Virus record (IMG/VR): IMGVR_UViG_3300044608_001820
Coordinates: 1 to 53,119 of that record
Origin: a virus
Lineage: Duplodnaviria > Caudoviricetes
Reading direction: 5' to 3' (one strand)
Length of the DNA: 53,119 nt
Part shown: piece after piece, positions 17,539-24,862 of the stretch
Position numbering within the stretch: position 1 is the stretch's first letter
How the letters are laid out: every line of letters starts with the position of its first letter
Made by a program: the position numbers and the translations under genes
Notes under the pieces: generated by a model
What the model saw: the letters and a program-made list of their open reading frames with translations, nothing else
Database searches by the model: none
What the model was told of the DNA's origin: nothing

Positions 17539-17552
17539 TCTAAATTCTTCTC

Positions 17553-17624
17553 GGTCCTATCGACTAGCGGTTAGGTCACAACCCTTTCAAGGTTGCAGCA
17601 CGGGTTCGAATCCCGTTGGGACTA
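17553..17624 (+). tRNA. tRNA-Glu(TTC)
   Basis: CAACC-CTTTCAA-GGTTG. Confidence 0.92.
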
Positions 17625-17768
17625 CTGGGAGTGAAGCTGAATGACTTCGGTCAGGGAGGTCACTCCACCCAGTTCTTGGATAAAACGCGGGGACTAGGGA
17701 CGCCCGCCTTTTGGTAACCTCTGGGGAGGAGGTTAATGACGGCTGCACCGTCCCAGCCAAAAGTCCAT
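17625..17768 (+). ncRNA. unassigned structured RNA
   Basis: UUCG-capped hairpin plus a multi-stem domain. Confidence 0.45.
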
Positions 17769-17842
17769 GACCCATTAGTGTAGCGGTCTATCACGCCACC
17801 CTGTCACGGTGGAGATCACGGGTTCGAATCCCGTATGGGTCG
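17769..17842 (+). tRNA. tRNA-Asp(GTC)
   Basis: CCACC-CTGTCAC-GGTGG. Confidence 0.93.
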
Positions 17843-17843
17843 T

Positions 17844-17972
17844 TGGGTTGCTGCCCGATATGAGAAACACTCTTTTCTGCCCCGGTGGAATTGGTGAAAA
17901 GTCGGAATTACCCTTGCCCCGTCTCTTGGGGATGCGAATTGGGGAAAGGTAAAGGGAAGAGACAGCAACCCA
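17844..17972 (+). ncRNA. unassigned structured RNA with pseudoknot
   Basis: 10-bp closing stem; loop GTCTCTT complementary to AAGAGAC. Confidence 0.5.
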
Positions 17973-17976
17973 TATT

Positions 17977-18048
17977 GGAATCGTAGCTCAGTGGTAGAGC
18001 ACTCGGCTGATAACCGAGCGGTCACAAGTTCAAATCTTGTCGGTTCCA
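17977..18048 (+). tRNA. tRNA-Ile(GAT)
   Basis: CTCGG-CTGATAA-CCGAG. Confidence 0.93.
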
Positions 18049-18052
18049 CTCT

Positions 18053-18125
<73 letters not shown>

Positions 18126-18149
18126 TCGAGAATCTTTCGATTCTCTTAC

Positions 18150-18226
18150 TGTGGAGTAGAGCAGTCCGGTAGCTCGCCAGGCTCATAACCTGGAGGTCGC
18201 AGGTTCGAATCCTGCCTCCGCCACCA
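18150..18226 (+). tRNA. tRNA-fMet(CAT), initiator type
   Basis: 1:72 mismatch, CCAGG-CTCATAA-CCTGG, encoded CCA. Confidence 0.88.
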
Positions 18227-18227
18227 T

Positions 18228-18299
18228 TGGCCTGTAGTTCAGCGGTAGAACGCCTGACTGTTAATCAGGTTGTCGCAGGTTCGATCCCTGCCGGGCCAG
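18228..18299 (+). tRNA. tRNA-Asn(GTT)
   Basis: CCTGA-CTGTTAA-TCAGG. Confidence 0.93.
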
Positions 18300-18300
18300 T

Positions 18301-18749
18301 TCCGCTCTGCTTGGTCTGGAAATGTCCGGGTCAAGTATCGGATCTAAGTCCTAGTTCTGGGGCCCTCCATCGGTGAGGATCACCCTTCCTAGGCCGGGGG
18401 ACTGATCACCCCCGCCCGTTTGACCCACTGTCGGGTCGCGATGGCGGGCAGTTGCCATCGTTCCATTGCGGTTTGCCTCACCGTCCCGCGTTCTTCGGAT
18501 CGCCCGAGGGAGAACGAGGCAATCTCCGTTCTAGACACCGGAGTCGTATGGAATACGTCGTTAAGTTCCCGAAACGGCCACGCACACATTCGTTAAAGTG
18601 TGGACTAGCAGATTGCTCCTAGCTCGCACTAGCTGTGGGCCACCGAAAGGTGACCAATCCCGGTCTCTGCCCGTATGGGGAGCAACTAGCTAGAAAAGCC
18701 CCCACCTCTGTACGTCCTTGAGGCGTTTCATGTGTTAAATGGGGCCTTC
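18301..18749 (+). ncRNA. large (~450 nt) highly structured non-coding RNA candidate
   Basis: many helices with G.U pairs, a GAAA tetraloop and long-range complementarity; no credible ORF. Confidence 0.55.
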
Positions 18750-18823
<74 letters not shown>

Positions 18824-18845
18824 TTGCCTTCAAGGAAGGCACAAT

Positions 18846-18936
18846 GAGAGGGTGGCTACTGTTGGCAATACGTGTGGCTGCGGTCTGTAAAACCGTTACA
18901 TAGGAACCATCGGGGGTTCGATTCCCTCCCCTCTCA
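18846..18936 (+). tRNA. tRNA-Tyr(GTA), atypical D arm
   Basis: GCGGT-CTGTAAA-ACCGT. Confidence 0.82.
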
Positions 18937-18939
18937 TCC

Positions 18940-19014
18940 GCCGCCATAGCTCAGTGGTAGAGCACCTCTTTGGTAAAGAGGAGGTCTCGAGTTCAAGTCT
19001 CGATGGTGGCTCCA
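18940..19014 (+). tRNA. tRNA-Thr(GGT)
   Basis: CCTCT-TTGGTAA-AGAGG; CCA. Confidence 0.93.
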
Positions 19015-19086
19015 GGTCGCTTAGCTCAGCGGTAGAGCTCTTGCCTTACAAGCAAGCTGTCACTGGTTCGATCCCAGTAGCGACCA
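19015..19086 (+). tRNA. tRNA-Val(TAC)
   Basis: CTTGC-CTTACAA-GCAAG. Confidence 0.93.
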
Positions 19087-19210
19087 TTGGTAGTCGTTGT
19101 GCAGATAGCACAGAAAGACGCCAAAGGGGGTGCAACAAGGAACGTTGCATTAAACGAAAGGTCCCGTAGGCCACATCGTAGATTATCGTTGGTGGACACC
19201 TTCGCCCTGC
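19087..19210 (+). ncRNA. unassigned structured spacer RNA
   Basis: three hairpins, one with an internal GAAA bulge. Confidence 0.35.
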
Positions 19211-19212
19211 TC

Positions 19213-19285
19213 GGGGAATTAGCTCAGTTGGTAGAGCGCCTGCTTTGCAAGCAGGCTGTCAGGAGTTCGAGTCTCCTATTCTCCA
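19213..19285 (+). tRNA. tRNA-Ala(TGC)
   Basis: CCTGC-TTTGCAA-GCAGG; G3.U70. Confidence 0.95.
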
Positions 19286-19305
19286 TCGTTCCTTCGGGAA
19301 CACCC

Positions 19306-19380
19306 GCGGATGTAGCTCAGTGGTAGAGCATCTCCTTGCCAAGGAGAAAGTCGAGGGTTCGAATCCCTTCATCCGCTCCA
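19306..19380 (+). tRNA. tRNA-Gly(GCC)
   Basis: TCTCC-TTGCCAA-GGAGA; CCA. Confidence 0.95.
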
Positions 19381-19383
19381 CTT

Positions 19384-19466
19384 GGAGGGAGTCCGGTTGG
19401 TCGAGGAAAGCGTCTTGAAAACGCCTGGGTGTTAAAGCCTCACGGGTTCGATTCCTGTTCCCTCCG
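19384..19466 (+). tRNA. tRNA-Ser(TGA)
   Basis: GCGT-CTTGAAA-ACGC; variable arm. Confidence 0.85.
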
Positions 19467-19468
19467 CT

Positions 19469-19541
19469 GTGGTCGTAGCATAATGGTTAATGCGCCAGAT
19501 TGTGGATCTGGTTTATGTGAGTTCAAATCTCATCGGCCACC
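19469..19541 (+). tRNA. tRNA-His(GTG)
   Basis: CCAGA-TTGTGGA-TCTGG; C73; T at position -1. Confidence 0.9.
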
Positions 19542-19543
19542 CC

Positions 19544-19615
19544 GCTCGATTAGCTCAGTGGTAGAGCAACTGTTTCGTAAACAGTAGGTCGTCGGTTCAA
19601 GTCCGACATTGAGCT
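19544..19615 (+). tRNA. tRNA-Thr(CGT)
   Basis: ACTGT-TTCGTAA-ACAGT. Confidence 0.92.
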
Positions 19616-19632
19616 TCTGCTTTCGCAGAAAT

Positions 19633-19704
19633 GTTTCGGTAGCCAAGCGGTAAGGCGAAGGTCTGCAAAATCTTCATTCGTCGGTTCGATTCCGACCCGA
19701 AACT
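19633..19704 (+). tRNA. tRNA-Cys(GCA)
   Basis: AAGGT-CTGCAAA-ATCTT; U73. Confidence 0.92.
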
Positions 19705-19723
19705 TTGGCCGCGTGCCAAATAA

Positions 19724-19798
19724 TCTGGAGTCGCCAAGCGGTAAGGCAGCGGGTTTTGGTCCCGCCATTCGTGGGTTCGAATCCTACCTCCAGAACCA
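19724..19798 (+). tRNA. tRNA-Gln(TTG)
   Basis: GCGGG-TTTTGGT-CCCGC; CCA. Confidence 0.92.
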
Positions 19799-19800
19799 AT

Positions 19801-19874
19801 GTCCGTGTGGCGCAATTGGTAGACGCGCTACTTTGAGGTGGTAGTTGTTGGAGGTTCGAGTCCTCTCACGGACA
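19801..19874 (+). tRNA. tRNA-Leu(GAG), short variable arm
   Basis: CTACT-TTGAGGT-GGTAG. Confidence 0.88.
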
Positions 19875-19876
19875 TT

Positions 19877-19948
19877 GTCAGAATAGTGTAGTTGGAAACA
19901 CGGCGGTCTCCAAAACCGTAATCCGGGGTTCGAATCCTCGTTCTGGCG
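19877..19948 (+). tRNA. tRNA-Trp(CCA)
   Basis: GCGGT-CTCCAAA-ACCGT. Confidence 0.92.
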
Positions 19949-19952
19949 CCTT

Positions 19953-20026
19953 GCTCCCCTAGCTCAGCGGATTAGAGCGTCTGACTACGGATCAGAAGGT
20001 CGAAGGTTCGAATCCTTCGGGGAGCG
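19953..20026 (+). tRNA. tRNA-Arg(ACG)
   Basis: TCTGA-CTACGGA-TCAGA. Confidence 0.93.
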
Positions 20027-20029
20027 TGT

Positions 20030-20103
20030 GTGCCCTTAGCTCAGCGGATTAGAGCAACCGCCTTCTAAGCGGTCGGTCATAGGTTCAAATCCTATAGGGC
20101 GCG
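20030..20103 (+). tRNA. tRNA-Arg(TCT)
   Basis: ACCGC-CTTCTAA-GCGGT. Confidence 0.93.
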
Positions 20104-20107
20104 CCTT

Positions 20108-20181
20108 GAGAGATTAGCTCAGTCTGGTAGAGTACGGGTCTCATATGCCTATGGTCGGTGGTTCAAATCCACCATCTCTCA
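20108..20181 (+). tRNA. tRNA with CAT anticodon (Ile2 or elongator Met)
   Basis: GGGT-CTCATAT-GCCT; identity ambiguous. Confidence 0.8.
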
Positions 20182-20184
20182 TCC

Positions 20185-20258
20185 GCCCTCTTAGCTCAGT
20201 GGAATAGAGCATCTGGCTTCGAACCAGAAAGTCGTAGGTTCGAATCCTACAGGGGGCA
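20185..20258 (+). tRNA. tRNA-Arg(TCG)
   Basis: TCTGG-CTTCGAA-CCAGA. Confidence 0.9.
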
Positions 20259-20262
20259 CCTT

Positions 20263-20352
20263 GGAAGATTGGCCGAGTGGTTTAAGGCGACGGTTTGCTA
20301 AACCGTTGTGTCGGTAACGGCACCACTGGTTCGAATCCAGTATCTTCCGCCA
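20263..20352 (+). tRNA. tRNA-Ser(GCT)
   Basis: ACGGT-TTGCTAA-ACCGT; long variable arm; CCA. Confidence 0.93.
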
Positions 20353-20424
20353 GGGCGATTAACTCAGAGGTAGAGTACTTCCTTGACACGGAAGAAGTCA
20401 CTGGTTCGAATCCAGTATCGCCCA
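20353..20424 (+). tRNA. tRNA-Val(GAC)
   Basis: CTTCC-TTGACAC-GGAAG. Confidence 0.93.
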
Positions 20425-20426
20425 TC

Positions 20427-20499
20427 GCTTCCTTAGCTATCTGGTGAAAGCGCCCGACTCATAATCGGAATCAGGCGAGTTCGATCCTCGCAGGAAGCA
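20427..20499 (+). tRNA. tRNA with CAT anticodon (elongator Met or Ile2)
   Basis: CCGA-CTCATAA-TCGG. Confidence 0.82.
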
Positions 20500-20504
20500 C
20501 CTAA

Positions 20505-20576
20505 GGGTTATTAGCTCAGCGGTAGAGCATCCGGCTTTTAACCGGTCGGTCCCCAGTTCGAATCTGGGATGACCCA
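20505..20576 (+). tRNA. tRNA-Lys(TTT)
   Basis: CCGG-CTTTTAA-CCGG. Confidence 0.92.
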
Positions 20577-20594
20577 TCGTTCCTCACGGAACGA

Positions 20595-20799
20595 CAATCC
20601 AGTTCGGACACGGGTTCGACTCCCGTATGCTCCATTGAATAATTTTGTTGAAGTAGTTTCCCTAAGAAAGGAACTGTGACCACAAAACTATTCATCATGG
20701 GGCATAAAGGCTTTCGACGGGCTGGAGGGTTCTGAGAACAAATCTCAACAACATCGTACGTTTCGAACGCGTTGCCGTCGCCGCCTGAGCGAACAACCC
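20595..20799 (+). ncRNA. ssrA: permuted two-piece tmRNA
   Basis: acceptor piece ending ATGCTCCA (20634) precedes the coding piece GGGGCAT...TTCGAC (from 20699); tag LNNIVRFERVAVAA* at 20744-20788. Confidence 0.88.
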
Positions 20800-20851
20800 G
20801 TGACGATATCTGGGAGGGACATTTGTGCCCTCCCTTTCTCTAAGACTAACA

Positions 20852-21472
20852 ATGCCACTCCTCAATCGGGCTGACGGGAAATCGATCAATTTTATCCACA
20901 TTCCGCGCACAGGCGGAAGATTTGTCGTAGAACTTTTTCGGAGTAACGGGTTCGACTTCACCTTCCCTGAAGACCATCGATTGCACTGGTCAAAGACAGT
21001 TGATGGGCATGAGGTGATGCATTTTCATGCGGAGTTGATGACCAGATATTTGAATCTCGTTGGCATTAGATCATTTACGATCGTTAGAAATCCGATATCC
21101 AGGTTTATCTCCGCGGCTCCTGCGATGTTAGACTTGTTGCACGCGCCGCTAACTGAAATATCTCCCGAGGAGCTGGAGAAAAGTCTAAGCGCAGCCCTCG
21201 CTTTTGCGCCAAATTGGTTTAGACCTCAGCATGAGTTCATACTTCCTGGCACCTTAATTTGGAGATATGAAGATGGACTCGATGAGAAATTTTTTGATTG
21301 GTTACGCAGAGTCGTGGGGGTTTCTCTCTCATTAAATCACAACATAGCTTTGGGATCTCACCCGCATGACAGATCACACAAGCCGTATTTGCCTGAACGT
21401 CTTATACCGACTCTAAAAAAGTTTTACGCCAGAGACTTTGAGTTACTAAACTCTCGTCATAGCTACATTTAA
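20852..21472 (+). CDS. sulfotransferase family 2-like protein
   Basis: FIHIPRTGG (5'-PSB-like), FTIVRNPISRFIS (3'-PB-like), WFRPQHEF. Confidence 0.75.
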   Translation: MPLLNRADGKSINFIHIPRTGGRFVVELFRSNGFDFTFPEDHRLHWSKTVDGHEVMHFHAELMTRYLNLVGIRSFTIVRNPISRFISAAPAMLDLLHAPLTEISPEELEKSLSAALAFAPNWFRPQHEFILPGTLIWRYEDGLDEKFFDWLRRVVGVSLSLNHNIALGSHPHDRSHKPYLPERLIPTLKKFYARDFELLNSRHSYI

Positions 21473-21533
21473 GGATTTTTTCACGACGAGACGGCGTCCC
21501 GCGATAGATACTACGTCAAGGCCCCTCAGAACG

Positions 21534-21602
21534 AAAAAATCGAAAAGTGTAAGGCTCAAACCCCTTGCAGCACCTAGTCTCGAGACTAGTACGATCGTAC
21601 TA
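21534..21602 (+). repeat. intergenic repeat family B, copy 3
   Basis: AAAAAATCGAAAAGTGTAAGGCTCAAACCCCTTGC-N19-AGTACGATCGTACT. Confidence 0.75.
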
Positions 21603-21653
21603 ATCGCAGGCCGCGGGAGCCGAGGCCCCAATTTCACTGGGCCTTAACAATCC

Positions 21654-21830
21654 TATAATAATCAGGTCTCGTAGCGATACAAACTCGCAACGGTTATGAG
21701 ACGTTCCGGCGCACCACGCACCGGCGAGACTCGGAAGTGCAACGCTTCTTAAACACCTAGAGCCCGGCGAGGTGCCTCCTGAGATGGAGGATGTGTGACC
21801 CTCGCGATACGGGATGTCGAATTCTATTCT
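21654..21830 (+). promoter_or_regulatory. -10 TATAAT and structured 5' leader (riboswitch-like)
   Basis: nested stems upstream of the RlpA-like gene. Confidence 0.5.
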
Positions 21831-21835
21831 TTCTA

Positions 21836-22204
21836 ATGCTTTTTTCGAGACTCAAATCCCTAGTTGGTTTATCAGCGATCGCCATCTTGACCGCAATTCC
21901 AAGTCCGTCTCTCGCAGCAACTCGTTGTTCGGGAGCAAGCTTCTACGGAGTTGGAGATGGCTATCACGGACAAACCACAGCGAGCGGCGAACGATTCAAC
22001 ACGTACGCAATGACGACAGCTCACCGCTCACTGCCCTTCGGAACTCGGCTTCGTGTCACAAGCAATGGACGATCAGTTATCGTTCGAGTGAATGACCGCG
22101 GTCCGTTTGTCGGAGGTAGGGATCTCGACCTCTCGTACGCGGCGTTCAGCACGCTTGCGGCACCGAGCAGAGGTCACATCGATGTGTGCTACTCGCGTGT
22201 CTGA
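21836..22204 (+). CDS. rlpA: RlpA-like double-psi beta-barrel lytic transglycosylase with signal peptide
   Basis: [34 protein letters not shown]. Confidence 0.88.
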   Translation: MLFSRLKSLVGLSAIAILTAIPSPSLAATRCSGASFYGVGDGYHGQTTASGERFNTYAMTTAHRSLPFGTRLRVTSNGRSVIVRVNDRGPFVGGRDLDLSYAAFSTLAAPSRGHIDVCYSRV

Positions 22205-22263
22205 TCGCTATAATTGATAAGCGATATTCAAGGGAAGAGACTCATTATCTTCCCTTTCCTTTT

Positions 22264-22337
22264 GCCTCCATAGCTCAGCTGGATAGAGCAACTGTTTTGT
22301 AAACAGTAGGTCGCGGGTTCAAGTCCTGCTGGGGGCT
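22264..22337 (+). tRNA. tRNA-Thr(TGT)
   Basis: ACTGT-TTTGTAA-ACAGT. Confidence 0.92.
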
Positions 22338-22381
22338 TGGGACACATGTCCCACTCATGAGTTCAAAGCATTTTAGGTAAC

Positions 22382-22924
22382 ATGCAAGTTCCTTATATCG
22401 ATTTCATCTTCCGCGAGGGCGGTGAGTTTGTGACCCGCACTTCGAAGGAGATCTTCAGCGGCAAGCGTGTGGTTGTGTTCGCCCTACCTGGCGCCTTCAC
22501 ACCTACCTGCACCGAACAACAACTCCCCGGGTTCGAAGCCTCCTACGACGAGATCAAGTCGTTTGGCGTCGATGAGATCTATTGCCTCGCCGTGAATGAC
22601 GCATTCGTGATGAATGCCTGGTTCAAGGATCTAGGCATCACTAAGGTGAAACCTCTGCCCGATGGCAATGGTTCGTTCACCGCCAGTGCTGGCATGGCTG
22701 TAGCCAAGACTAACCTCGGTTTCGCTTCGCGTAGCTGGCGTTATGCCGTGGTGATCAACGACGGCGCCATCGAGTGGGCTGGCGTGGAGCAGGGCAAACG
22801 TGACAATGCCTCCGATGATCCGTACACCGAGTCCACACCCGAGCGTGTGATCCAATATCTTCAAGCCAAGCAAAATCAAGGCAGCGAGGCTAATGTCAGT
22901 GAGATCCTGACCGCTTCGAGGTAA
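22382..22924 (+). CDS. peroxiredoxin (Prx5/type II)
   Basis: LPGAFTPTC, VNDAFVMNAW, DGNG, RSWRYA. Confidence 0.92.
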   Translation: MQVPYIDFIFREGGEFVTRTSKEIFSGKRVVVFALPGAFTPTCTEQQLPGFEASYDEIKSFGVDEIYCLAVNDAFVMNAWFKDLGITKVKPLPDGNGSFTASAGMAVAKTNLGFASRSWRYAVVINDGAIEWAGVEQGKRDNASDDPYTESTPERVIQYLQAKQNQGSEANVSEILTASR

Positions 22925-22947
22925 AATTCTTCGGCAGAAGAATTACC

Positions 22948-23265
22948 ATGCTCTCCCCAAAAACCCGGCTTCGTCTTGAGGATATCGCCGCACGTATAGC
23001 CGGGGGATTAGATGTCTCGTTTGAAGAGATGACGTGGGCGCAAAAGTGGGCCGATCACAATCGGGTCGCTGCCCGCATCATCAATCAAGCGAGGAGGGAG
23101 GCGATTCAGGGAAAGCCTGAACCCGGGTCGTTGGACGAATTTCTTAACGACCTCGACCTGGGAGACCCTGATCCTAGCAATCATCTGATTGGTCCACAAG
23201 ACCCAATAGACCTTGCTCGGTGGTTCACTAAATCAGACAATTGGTTCTTAACTGACGATGACTGA
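22948..23265 (+). CDS. hypothetical protein
   Basis: MLSPKTRLRLE...LDLGDPDPSNH. Confidence 0.65.
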   Translation: MLSPKTRLRLEDIAARIAGGLDVSFEEMTWAQKWADHNRVAARIINQARREAIQGKPEPGSLDEFLNDLDLGDPDPSNHLIGPQDPIDLARWFTKSDNWFLTDDD

Positions 23266-23354
23266 TCCAGTATGGTCCCTAAATATCCTCATCGGTTTCG
23301 GATTGTTCTTCGTCATCGGTGTGATCGTGATCGTTATTAAAGAGGCGATCAGCG

Positions 23355-23414
23355 AGTAGACAGTTTATAAAGTGGAATGTAGGGGCTCTCATAGGGAGCC
23401 CTTTTCAGTAATAT
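23355..23414 (+). promoter_or_regulatory. degenerate phage promoter P12
   Basis: GTAGACAGTT-TATA-AAGTGGAAT-N30-TAATAT; ATG 6 nt later. Confidence 0.45.
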
Positions 23415-23420
23415 ATCAAT

Positions 23421-23717
23421 ATGAGCTTCACAAAAACCATCTCCGTTTTCGCTGCTCTTGCCAGCATCTTTGGCGCCGGCGCCGCTGGCTGGAAGTTGGC
23501 ACAGGACAACAACTCACAAGCCCCCGCGTATGAAAAACAAATTGAGGAGTTAAAGCAACAAGTTTCGACTCTGGAGCAACAAGCCACTAACGTGAATCCT
23601 CCGCCGCCCGTCGCACTCCCGACTCCTCAAGAGCCGGTGAGCGTACAAGCTCCTAAACCAACTCCGCTGCCTCCGCCGCCCGTTCCTCCCGCACCTCCGA
23701 CCGAATCAACACCGTGA
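23421..23717 (+). CDS. membrane-anchored coiled-coil, proline-rich protein
   Basis: N-terminal hydrophobic segment, poly-Pro tail. Confidence 0.65.
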   Translation: MSFTKTISVFAALASIFGAGAAGWKLAQDNNSQAPAYEKQIEELKQQVSTLEQQATNVNPPPPVALPTPQEPVSVQAPKPTPLPPPPVPPAPPTESTP

Positions 23718-23968
23718 CTGAGAACAACATCCCCAATCCCTGGGAGAACAAACCAGAGATAAACATCGGAGGATCTCCCATTTTAGACCATACGTTTACC
23801 ATCACTGGCAAACCTCTCGAACTAAAGTTACCGAACTATGTCGGTTATTGGGATGTGATTCCACCAGATGATTCTGTTCACTTTCGAATTTACAGACCCA
23901 ATCGACCGAACTTCTTTCACAGGCTAATGAACAAGTGGCTGATCGGGTGGGAGTGGAATGATACGTGA
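23714..23968 (+). CDS. hypothetical protein
   Basis: GTGA coupling. Confidence 0.55.
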   Translation: MTENNIPNPWENKPEINIGGSPILDHTFTITGKPLELKLPNYVGYWDVIPPDDSVHFRIYRPNRPNFFHRLMNKWLIGWEWNDT

Positions 23969-24594
23969 CAGCTATTCGATTCATCGGAGATGTTCACGGC
24001 AAGTGGAAACGCTATGAGAAGACTATTAAGGATGCTCCGAGGTCAATCCAAGTCGGAGACTTTGGGATCGGATTCTATAATCCTCGTACGGAAACTTATA
24101 CGCGCCCACCGTACGATAAAATGTCAAAGGGCGACCACAAGTTCATTCGAGGAAACCATGATAACCCCAAGCAGTGCCGTGATCACCCGTATTGGATCGC
24201 GGATGGGTCGCTTATTGATGAGAGTATCTTCTGCATCGGAGGAGCTAAGTCGATCGATACGCACCTTCGTACGGAAGGATGGGATTGGTGGGCGGATGAG
24301 GAGCTCAACTACTCTGAATTCCTCCAACTCATTCAGACGTACGAGGAAGCGAGACCGTCTATCGTCGTTTCTCACGACGCTCCGGAAGATATGGTGAATC
24401 ACATATTGAAGACGCGGGGCGCGTATAAGTACGACATTCCAAGTATCACACGCCAATTCTTCGACAATCTCCTGCATGTGCACAAACCGGATCTCTGGAT
24501 TCACGGACATTGGCACATCGATCACCACACGGTGTTTAAGGGCGTAGAATATATTGGTCTCGGCGAACTCTCATATGTTGATTTAGACCTCTGA
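23965..24594 (+). CDS. calcineurin-like metallophosphoesterase
   Basis: GDVHG, GDFG, GNHD, SHDAP, GHWH. Confidence 0.88.
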   Translation: MTAIRFIGDVHGKWKRYEKTIKDAPRSIQVGDFGIGFYNPRTETYTRPPYDKMSKGDHKFIRGNHDNPKQCRDHPYWIADGSLIDESIFCIGGAKSIDTHLRTEGWDWWADEELNYSEFLQLIQTYEEARPSIVVSHDAPEDMVNHILKTRGAYKYDIPSITRQFFDNLLHVHKPDLWIHGHWHIDHHTVFKGVEYIGLGELSYVDLDL

Positions 24595-24776
24595 TGGACA
24601 CTATTCACAAGGCACTCTACGCCGTCGACCACTTCCAAATGACCAGAAAACAACAGTTATGGGGAGATGTCTATCGGTGTGCTTTCTACCGATGGAAAGC
24701 CTCCGACTACAGGTCTGAGGGAGACTACACCACGATGGTCGCTGCGCTCGGTCTTGGAGACCGATTCTGGGAATGA
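24594..24776 (+). CDS. hypothetical protein
   Basis: coupled ORF. Confidence 0.5.
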   Translation: MDTIHKALYAVDHFQMTRKQQLWGDVYRCAFYRWKASDYRSEGDYTTMVAALGLGDRFWE

Positions 24777-24862
24777 CTACCTTTTTCGGTCTTTGGCTAG
24801 TAAGTTCATTCTTCGCCGCCTACTTCCATTATCTACTCGTAAGAAACAATCCTCAGGATTAG

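Noticed and set aside
18318-18330. GGAAATGTCCGGG as the RNase P RNA conserved region I
   Set aside because: It has an extra base relative to GGAAAGTCC, lies inside a local hairpin, and no matching 3' P4 strand was found.
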